The translations under genes and the position numbers were made by a program. From the NCBI GenBank assembly GCA_038231795.1, contig JBBRKR010000004.1, forward strand, positions 68,651-132,650: a DNA stretch of 64,000 nucleotides, written 5' to 3'. The stretch comes from Acidimicrobiales bacterium (GTDB lineage: Bacteria; Actinomycetota; Acidimicrobiia; Acidimicrobiales; JBBRKR01). This document shows positions 57,519-64,000 of this stretch, in pieces. How positions within the stretch are numbered: the first letter of the stretch is position 1; each line of letters opens with the position of its first letter. Under the pieces are notes generated by a model. That model was not told the DNA's origin and made no database searches. It was given only the letters and a program-made list of their open reading frames with translations.

Positions 57519-58199
57519 ATGAGCGAAATCGATCACGCCGCGATACACCGAGGTGTACGTGTCCGCATCACAGCTCTCGTGTGCGAGCTTTCGGAGGAGA
57601 TGCTTGATTTCGTTGCGCCCGCAACCCCGGAGTGGCGGGTTCGCGATGTTGTGGCCCACCTCGCGGGTGGCGCGGCTGACGTTGTATCCGGCAACCTCGC
57701 CGATGTGGCGAGCGATTCCTGGACCGGCGCTCAGGTAGATGCCCGGAGGAACCTGACGGTCGGCGAGGTACTCGATGAGTGGGCACGTTGCAGTGCGATC
57801 GTCGAGCCGCTCATCGCGACGTTCGACCCGCTTCTGCGCGCCATGCTGCTGACAGACGCGGTTACGCACGAGCATGATCTGCGCGGTGCGCTCGGGGTTG
57901 CAGGTGAGCGCGAATCCGATGCGATTGCGTACGCATTCCGCGGTGTTTCCGGTGGTATCGGAGCGCAACGCGGCGATACAGGCGCGCTGCGCATCCTGCA
58001 CGAGGCTGGCGAGTCGGTCGTCGGAACCGGCGCACCGACGGCCACGGTGCACACGACGCGTTTCGAGATCGTTCGGGCGAGCGTCGGTCGCCGCTCCTAC
58101 GAGCAGATCAAGGCGTGGGATTGGGAGGGCAATAGTCAACCAGAAACCGTGGTGCTCGCACGGTTCGCTCCCGCGCGGCTCACCCCGCTCGAGGAGTAG
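57519..58199 (+). CDS. maleylpyruvate isomerase family mycothiol-dependent enzyme (DinB/MDMPI fold)
   Basis: Start at ATG 57519. EWRVRDVVAHLAGG and DAVTHEHDLRGALG are typical of the TIGR03083-type family. Confidence 0.7.
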   Translation: MSEIDHAAIHRGVRVRITALVCELSEEMLDFVAPATPEWRVRDVVAHLAGGAADVVSGNLADVASDSWTGAQVDARRNLTVGEVLDEWARCSAIVEPLIATFDPLLRAMLLTDAVTHEHDLRGALGVAGERESDAIAYAFRGVSGGIGAQRGDTGALRILHEAGESVVGTGAPTATVHTTRFEIVRASVGRRSYEQIKAWDWEGNSQPETVVLARFAPARLTPLEE

Positions 58200-58223
58200 A
58201 TCCATCCCCGGATCGAGCACCGT

Positions 58224-58900
58224 TCATGACGTCCCACTCAGCGAGTTTGCAGGCCCGACTTCGCATAGACCAGCACGCAGAGCCGGCGTTATACGAGTGG
58301 TCTGTGCCTTTGAAACGCGCCGGGCGGGTACATCGACGGCGCCGACCCCCTGAACCCCGAATCGAGCGAGAGACGCAGTGAGGAAGCGACTCGGTCGGCG
58401 ATCTGCGCAAGCCCGATCGAGTCGAGACGGAACTGTTGCGTTGTCGGATTGCGTCAGCCGCCGGAGTCGGTATGTGGTGTCGATGTCGAATTCGTAGTGA
58501 TTGCGGCGAATGTTCTGGATCAATTCTTGGCCCCTGACGACGGTGCTCGCGGTGCCGTGGCGTGTCAACCTGCGCGTCATTCGGAGTATTGTGACACGCG
58601 TCCAGTACCAGCTCGTCAATCGCTCTCACCAAACCCGCTGGCCGGTCGGTGACCACCTCACTCGGTTGGCCACGCAAACGCCGGTGGCCAATGCTGGTCG
58701 ATCGCCACCGTGGAGGAGACCAATGCAAGAGCACCGAGGACGAAAGGGAAGGGACGAACCACAAGCCGGTGCGCAACGAATCGCGAAGCCGAGCCACTCC
58801 CACGCTTCCCCGTTCGCAAGTTGAGGTTCGGTCGCATTCCACACCGCAACTATCAACCATCCATAGCGCACCCAGAAGAGGCACTTCGGCACCGGACTCG
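58224..58900 (-). pseudogene. probable decayed membrane-protein gene (coding signal scattered over three minus-strand frames)
   Basis: Overlapping minus ORFs carry TM-like pieces (LRTGLWFVPSL / PFVLGALALVSSTVAIDQHW / LFWVRYGWLIVAVW). No single frame stays open. Family unknown. Confidence 0.25.
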
Positions 58901-58960
58901 ACCGTGCCGGCGGAGTAGCGTTTCGTCCAGAGGGTTGTCCTCACGAAACGGAGTAACGAC

Positions 58961-59572
58961 ATGACTAGTTTCCGCCAACTGCACACCGGCGCCATGGCCG
59001 TCGCGAGCGACGGCGACGTCGGGTCGGTCGTGGCGCTCGTAGTCGATCCAACCACTCGGACCGTGACCCACCTCCTCGTAAAGAACGCGAACGTCCCCGC
59101 AAGCAGCCGGGTCGTCCCCGTAGAATACATACGATCAACCGAGCACGAGCGCGTCCTGCTCGACCTCACACGGGCGGAAGTGCTCGACGAGCAGCGATTT
59201 ATTCAACCCGAGTGGATCCCTGTCGAGCCCTACCCGAAGGGCTTCATGAGCTACTGGCTACAGGGCGGCCAGTCGTTCGCGGTTAGCGAGCACCTGCCAA
59301 GCCAGGGCGACCTCGCTCTCCGCAAGGGGGTCGAGGTCCGTTCGAGCGACGGCCACCACCTCGGAACGGTCGACGAGATCCTCGTCGACGACACCGGCTC
59401 TATCAAGCAGTTCGCCCTCCGCGAAGGACACCTCTTCGGCCACCGTACCGTCATCGTCCCGATCGATCAGGTGCAAGCGATGAACGAGCATTTCATCCAG
59501 CTCGGCATCGACCGCTCAACTGCCGAGCAACTGGCCAGCGAGAACCTGGGCGGGCCTGCTACCAGCCGTTAG
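58961..59572 (+). CDS. PRC-barrel domain protein (two PRC barrels)
   Basis: 203-aa ORF with VASDGDVGSVVALVVDPTTRTVTHLLV and SSDGHHLGTVDEILVDDTGSIKQFAL, two PRC-barrel-like units. Confidence 0.75.
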   Translation: MTSFRQLHTGAMAVASDGDVGSVVALVVDPTTRTVTHLLVKNANVPASSRVVPVEYIRSTEHERVLLDLTRAEVLDEQRFIQPEWIPVEPYPKGFMSYWLQGGQSFAVSEHLPSQGDLALRKGVEVRSSDGHHLGTVDEILVDDTGSIKQFALREGHLFGHRTVIVPIDQVQAMNEHFIQLGIDRSTAEQLASENLGGPATSR

Positions 59573-59888
59573 TGAACATTTGGTGCCACCACAAAGACCG
59601 GTCGATCAGTAAACTCGAGGAGGTGTTCGGTCTGGCTCCCGACGTGGCGGCTCCCCAGCCGTCGGCCATCCGGGCGACCTATGATGATCAAATCCGCGCA
59701 CTCTGTACGGCATTGGCCAGGACGGTCCTACCGAATACAAGTACACACCCGCGCCCTGGTTGGCGGGATCGACGTGAACGCGATCGACCGATTGGACCTG
59801 CCATCACTGTGTCACATAACGCCGGATCGGGCGCTCGTGCCACGCTGTCGAGGACGGCCGGCGGCGGAACTCCGAGGGCGCAGCGTTC

Positions 59889-60433
59889 CTAGGCTCGTGT
59901 GACCGGCAGTACCGTCGGGCCACGGATCGATAGCGATCGCTTCCATTCTGTCGTTGCCGGATCGAGCTGGTAGTCGCCGAACGCTTCCAGGAATGCGGGG
60001 ATTGCGACCCGGAGCTCGAGGCGGGCGAGTGAAGCGCCCAGGCAGTGGTGAATACCATGACCGAACGACAGCGGCTTAGGGTCGGGGCGGTCGAGTCGGA
60101 GCTTGTCGGCGTCGGGCCAGCGTCGGACAGTTGAGAATAGGGCCGGACGTCCATCAAAACGTTCACCGCCGAACTGACCGACAACTCCGGCGAACGGAGC
60201 AGTTCGAGCGCCTCGTCGTACCCGACCACGAACCACCGGCGAAACACCTTGTGGTAATAAACCTGGCCGTACTTTTGGCGCACCGCCTCGAGCGATCGAT
60301 ACGGATCGACGTAGTAGTCCGGGTCGAACGGACTCTCATCGTGCGTCAGCCGGAACAGCGCATGCGCAAGCCGAGGCCGTTTGGCCAAAAGTCGAACAGC
60401 AGGAATGGCGATCTGTTCGATGCGCATCGTCAA
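59889..60433 (-). pseudogene. cytochrome P450 with a large internal deletion and frame change
   Basis: N-terminal part PFDPDYYVDPYRSLEAVRQKYGQVYYHKVFRRWFVVGYDEALELL (frame of 59804..60433). C-terminal part WPDADKLRLDRPDPKPLSFGHGIHHCLGASLARLE (frame of 59889..60236). Together they span about 545 bp, where the intact P450 at 43692 needs 1248 bp. Confidence 0.75.
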
Positions 60434-60869
60434 CTGACTCCCTGCGTCTCAGCGTCGCCTCGGCGGCGGCGTCCTAGCCCTACCAACGGCAGACGATCAG
60501 CCAGGTCGGCCTTAGCTCTTCCTCCGCGATTGCGGTGTTGCCTCGAATGGTCAGCTGGGCTCATATCGGGACGTCAGCCGTATCGCGATCGATGCGACCA
60601 AGTGGTTGGTGCTGGTGCGTGGCATGCTGACCGGGCTGGCTTCTGCCCGACGGTGTAGGTGGTTGCGTGATGACAACGAGGTCAAGCCGCTGTCCGACGT
60701 CTGATATCACCGCCTCTCGGCTCGCCTCGACTGCGATAGACCTCGCAGAATGAGAAGCATCTGGTAGCGCAGATAGCTCGCCGGAAGCGAGCGCGCATCC
60801 GGCGATCTGCGCCGAGAGGATGCGCTGGGCGGCTGCGGCGCCGGGGCCGGCTCCCCGAACCTGAGACTA

Positions 60870-61050
60870 GGCAGACATCAGTGGCGGAGGACCAATCCTC
60901 AGGGTTTGAAAGAAGCGACAGACAACATCACTACCGGACTCGGGACATAGGATCTGAGTAGGTACCACGTTGTAATTTTGACAACGATCGGTGGACTTTA
61001 CGGGACGGCTTTCAAACCCTTCCGAACACCTAAACAAACTGGTAGGTGGG
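60870..61050 (+). repeat. structured repeat family, copy R3 (full length)
   Basis: 5' arm with AGGGTTTGAAAG (60901-60912), palindrome variant GTTGTAATTTTGACAAC (60969-60985), GATCGGTGGACTTTACGGGACGG, CTTTCAAACCCT (61009-61020), and tail TCCGAACACCTAAACAAACTGGTAGG. Confidence 0.85.
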
Positions 61051-61099
61051 GGTGTCGAACGTCTCGCCGCCCGCCATTCGGGCCTTCGGAATCCATCAC

Positions 61100-61220
61100 G
61101 ATGCCGCACCGCGCCCGCGGCCAACAACACCCGGCAGCTCACCGGAGCGCTGCCACGCAACGACGCGATCTCACGATTCAGCTGCTCGCCAAGAACCCAC
61201 GCGGTGACGAGTTCAGTCAT
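61100..61220 (-). pseudogene. N-terminal fragment resembling a cryptochrome/photolyase-related (COG3046-type) protein
   Basis: ATG at 61220 followed by MTELVTAWVLGEQLNREIASLRGSAPVSCRVLL, the (V/I)LGDQL start typical of that family. The reading frame then runs into repeat R3. Confidence 0.35.
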
Positions 61221-61316
61221 GGGTCGACGTCTTTCTGGCGGCGGGGATTCGACAGGTATAGTAAAGATCGTGTTCGCGACCCACGCCTGCAAAACCAAAC
61301 GTCGGTGACTTGCGGC

Positions 61317-62228
61317 ATGTTGATCCGAGAGCTGCAGGACAAGGTCGTCGCGTCGACGGTGGCGCTGTTCTCGCACGGTCCCCAACCACTCGCCAACACC
61401 CTTGACTTCCGTGGCGATCCTGGACTGCTCGGCCCGGACTCAGTGTCATGGCGAGTCATCGGCGACGCCGCCGCATTCGTTGGCGGCATCCGCGCGCTAC
61501 TCGTTCAGACAGCCCATCCCGAAGTGGTCGCAGGGGTGGAACAGCATTCACGGTACCGATCCGACCCGCTCGGCCGCTTGTCACGAACCTCGGTGTACGT
61601 CACCGAAACCACCTACGGCGCGCTCCCCGAAGTCAACGCGGCGGTCGCCGCCGTCCGGCGAGCTCACGGACCGGTGCATGGTCAATCCGAACGCGACCGG
61701 GCCTATAGCGCCGGGAACCCAGCGATGGCGGCCTGGGTGCACAACGTGCTGACCGATTCTTTCCTCTCGGCGTACCAAACGTTTGGGCCGTGCCCGCTCA
61801 GCGTGAACGAGGCCGACCGGTTCGTCGCCGAGCAGACGCGGATCGGGGCATTGCTCGGCGCTTCGCCGCTCCCATCCACCGCCGACGAGCTCGCTTGTTG
61901 GATCGTCGAGCACCCGGCACTCGCAAGTACCCGCGACCAGTCAGCGGCGGTCGAGTTCCTGCGCAATCCGCCGCTTCCCATCCCGGTGCGAGTCGGCTAC
62001 CGCCTGCTCTTCCAGGCTGCGGTAACAACCATCCCTACCGTCATTCGCAACATCACCGGGTTGACCCCGGCCCGGGGTGCGACCCCGGTCGGGACCGCCG
62101 CCGTTCGCAGCTTGCGATGGGCCCTCGGTTCTTCGCCTTCGTGGCATCTTGCGCTCGTACGGACCGGGGCACCGGTGCCTGCGGGCATGTTCCGTCAACC
62201 ACTGCCCGCCGCTCGAGACATTGAGTAG
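61317..62228 (+). CDS. DUF2236 (MpaB-type oxygenase) family protein
   Basis: Start ATG 61317 (MLIRELQDK). GPDSVSWRVIGDAAAFVGGIRALLVQTAHPEVVAGV is the DUF2236 signature. Confidence 0.8.
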   Translation: MLIRELQDKVVASTVALFSHGPQPLANTLDFRGDPGLLGPDSVSWRVIGDAAAFVGGIRALLVQTAHPEVVAGVEQHSRYRSDPLGRLSRTSVYVTETTYGALPEVNAAVAAVRRAHGPVHGQSERDRAYSAGNPAMAAWVHNVLTDSFLSAYQTFGPCPLSVNEADRFVAEQTRIGALLGASPLPSTADELACWIVEHPALASTRDQSAAVEFLRNPPLPIPVRVGYRLLFQAAVTTIPTVIRNITGLTPARGATPVGTAAVRSLRWALGSSPSWHLALVRTGAPVPAGMFRQPLPAARDIE

Positions 62229-62255
62229 GGTATTTTGACTCGGGAGGTGCAGGCC

Positions 62256-62717
62256 GTGTCACGGGAACCGAAGGCGGTAGCAGAAGGCCAGGACGAGCGG
62301 TTGCAACGAGCGATCGGCATGGCTGTAGAGGTGCGGGCGAGCGCTTACGCCCGCTACTCCGGGTTCGCGATGGGCGCCGCAGTGGTCGGCATCGACGGGC
62401 GCACGACGCGCGGCGTGCTCGTGGAGAACGTGTCCCTCGGTCTGTCTATGTGCGCCGAGCGCGTTGCGATGTTCTCTGCGGTCACCGAGGCGATCGCGCC
62501 TGTGGTGCTCGCCTTGTGCGCGCCGAGAACGGGAGGCCAACTCACGTTTCCTTGCGGGGCGTGCCTGCAGGTCGGTCTCGAGGTCGCCGGCACAGAGCTA
62601 CTGGTCGTTGCTGTCGATCCCGACGGCGCTTATGACTGGGCGCCACTCGTGACGTTGCTGACTCGAGCGCCGAAGCGGCACACCCCGGTCACGGGACCGA
62701 GGGCCCCGACAAAATGA
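62256..62717 (+). CDS. cdd: cytidine deaminase
   Basis: GTG 62256 preceded by GGGAGG. YSGFAMGAAV, zinc ligand motifs CAERVA and PCGACLQ. Confidence 0.75.
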   Translation: MSREPKAVAEGQDERLQRAIGMAVEVRASAYARYSGFAMGAAVVGIDGRTTRGVLVENVSLGLSMCAERVAMFSAVTEAIAPVVLALCAPRTGGQLTFPCGACLQVGLEVAGTELLVVAVDPDGAYDWAPLVTLLTRAPKRHTPVTGPRAPTK

Positions 62718-62924
62718 TCGGTCGCCGGGCAACCGGCTACGCTCCACGACCAGGAGCGCCCTTCCTCGAAGCGCGGCGGTTGCGGCAAGGTGCAGCGCGT
62801 CGTCGGAGGGCGAGGGGCTCAAGAAGCAACCGATCCACCGCGAGTTCGGTCTCGGCAGCTTCGATAGCGACCATGTCCGATGGGCGCCCACCTACCCATC
62901 TTGCCGCGACATCCCGGCGATACG

Positions 62925-62965
62925 ACACGGACCCTTCGTATCTTTCGAACCCTGCCTCCGAATAG
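62925..62965 (+). repeat. structured repeat family, fragment R7 (3' hairpin region), abutting R4
   Basis: CACGGACCCTTCGTATCTTTCGAACCCTGCCTCCGAA parallels GGTGGACTTTACGGGACGGCTTTCAAACCCTTCCGAA of R3. Confidence 0.6.
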
Positions 62966-63060
62966 GTCAAATAGGCCGATCTCGTTTTGATTTCTACGAC
63001 ACCGAGTGGACCTTATGGGACGGCTCTCACGCCCCATTCCCCGACATGTGCAACGTCGCC
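62962..63060 (+). repeat. structured repeat family, copy R4 (degenerate palindrome plus 3' half)
   Basis: ATAGGTCAAATAGGCCGATCTCGTTTTGATTTCTACGACACCGAGTGGACCTTATGGGACGGCTCTCACGCCCCATTCCCCGACATGTGCAACGTCGCC. Confidence 0.8.
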
Positions 63061-63329
63061 TCGGCTGCGCTGAGATCGACACCATTATCAGCAATTATCA
63101 ATCCGGGCGCTCGTCCCGCGCGATCGCCAAACTCATAGGCGTCCACCGATCGCGAAAGCGCTCCAATCACGGGCATAAGCGCAGATATGGGTACGTAGGC
63201 CGAGAGACCGATGGCGCAGATCTGTGGGAGGGTGTTCTGCACGGAAACCCGACGCCACTTTCTCCCGGGGCGCATAGCCGGGTCTGTTTAAGGCAGCTGG
63301 CTCAATCGCAGCACATGGGTGTCCAGTGA
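63006..63329 (+). pseudogene. ORF that initiates inside repeat R4 and contains an HTH-like segment (transposase/resolvase-type); probably a remnant
   Basis: VDLMGRLSRPIPRHVQRRLGCAEIDTIISNYQSGRSSRAIAKLIGVHRS. The pattern x-I-x2-Y-x-S-G-x-S-x-RAIAK-x2-GV-x-RS is typical of HTH_7/IS-type N-terminal HTH domains. The rest is Arg/His-rich junk, and its 3' end overlaps the convergent SDR gene. Confidence 0.3.
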
Positions 63330-64000
63330 GACGACCTCGTCAGCCCGTGCGGCGAGTTCGTGCCAGTCGTCGACCGCTGCCCTGATGTAGCGGCCCGAGA
63401 GGGCGTCCAACATCCCAGAGTCGATATCCGTGATCAGATCCAAGGACTTGTCGACCGGCGTCCATGTGTCCGCGTCGTCCCACACGTGGGCGAAGGCGGC
63501 CGCGGTCATGTCGGTCTTCACCATTCCAGGAGAAATCGCGAAAACCCGGACCCCAGCACTGTGACATTCACCGGCAACCGCTTCGGTAAAGCGGTTCACC
63601 GCGGCTTTGCTCGCCATGTAGGCAGAGGTGAGAAGCCCGTCGTTGTCGAGTCCCACCGGAAAGGTTGCCGCACCGGAGGAAAGGTTGATGATCCTGCCGC
63701 TGCCTCGCGCCATCATCGGCGCAAGCACTGCTCGGGTGCACAAGTAGGTGCCCCGCACGTTGATTTCGAACACCTGCCACCAATCCGACTCCGTCAGCTC
63801 CCAAGTCTTGCCGCTGCCCCCTGACACGGCCGCGTTGTTCACCAGCAGATCCGGCACACCCAACTCGTCCATAATATGCCCGAATACTGCCTCGACGGCG
63901 ACGGGATCGGCGACGTCCAGGACGAATGGAACGGCACCGGATCGACCCGCGACCTCGTTGAGATCGGTCTCCGAGCGCCCGATCGCCGCCACCGTCAGGC
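63288..64000 (-). CDS. SDR family oxidoreductase (5' end beyond the right edge of the window)
   Basis: LVNNAAV, NLSSGAA and YMASKAAVNRF catalytic motif. The Rossmann N-terminus is not within the window. Confidence 0.8.
   Translation of the reverse strand, partial: LTVAAIGRSETDLNEVAGRSGAVPFVLDVADPVAVEAVFGHIMDELGVPDLLVNNAAVSGGSGKTWELTESDWWQVFEINVRGTYLCTRAVLAPMMARGSGRIINLSSGAATFPVGLDNDGLLTSAYMASKAAVNRFTEAVAGECHSAGVRVFAISPGMVKTDMTAAAFAHVWDDADTWTPVDKSLDLITDIDSGMLDALSGRYIRAAVDDWHELAARADEVVSLDTHVLRLSQLP

Noticed and set aside
58180-59169. 329-aa minus-strand ORF (MRSSRTRSCSVDRMYSTG...)
   Set aside because: Arg/Ser/Thr-rich composition typical of off-frame translation of GC-rich DNA. Its upper part is antisense to the PRC-barrel gene. 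Only scattered TM-like pieces suggest an older decayed gene, which is reported separately at low confidence.
59596-59625. Possible inverted (minus-orientation) fragment of the repeat tail (CAGTAAACTCGAGGAGGTGTTCGG versus the reverse complement of the R3 tail, CAGTTTGTTTAGGTGTTCGG)
   Set aside because: Only about 10 contiguous matching bases plus loose flanking similarity. This is too short to separate from chance without a statistical search, so it is not counted as a copy.
60978-61316. N-terminal extension of the DUF2236 ORF, and the parallel 105-aa ORF 60991..61308
   Set aside because: Both lie over repeat R3 and over the photolyase-related stub on the other strand. DUF2236 homology starts only after ATG 61317.
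50018-63060. Interpretation of the repeat family as integron attC sites delimiting gene cassettes
   Set aside because: There are no RYYYAAC ... GTTRRRY core sites at the ends and no intI-type integrase in the window. The genes between copies are in mixed orientation and some units hold several genes. Several copies are clearly 5'-truncated versions of one longer unit.

Overview
High-GC actinobacterial chromosome segment, judged from the mycothiol ligase mshC, F420-type enzymes and phosphatidylinositol/PIM genes. I call about 60 protein genes and found no rRNA, tRNA or CRISPR. Bases 1-17.5 kb and 21.4-47.1 kb look like ordinary core genome. On the minus strand they carry the classic actinobacterial order thrS-HIT-pgsA-patA ... 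pimA ... pdxS-pdxT-yebC ... ruvC-ruvA-ruvB. They also hold korAB, htpX/lemA, three coiled-coil M23 peptidase paralogues, a heterodimeric ABC exporter, a P450, fabI and mshC. Two segments look accessory and visibly more GC-rich. (i) 17.5-21.4 kb is bounded by gene remnants (an ADH fragment and an LLM oxidoreductase 3' fragment). It contains a translationally coupled three-gene cassette built around a glutamine-synthetase-like carboxylate-amine ligase, plus an mrr gene broken by tandem stops. (ii) 47.2-64 kb starts with intact small-molecule metabolism genes. From 52.6 to 63.3 kb it becomes a gene graveyard with broken mscL, FMN reductase, P450, photolyase-related and HTH genes. This stretch carries a family of at least 7 same-orientation, 40-180 bp structured repeats that I cannot assign to any known repeat, IS or RNA family. 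The copies sit at the break points of the truncated genes. This repeat family is the main lead. All calls rest on reading the sequence and the supplied ORF translations; no searches were run.
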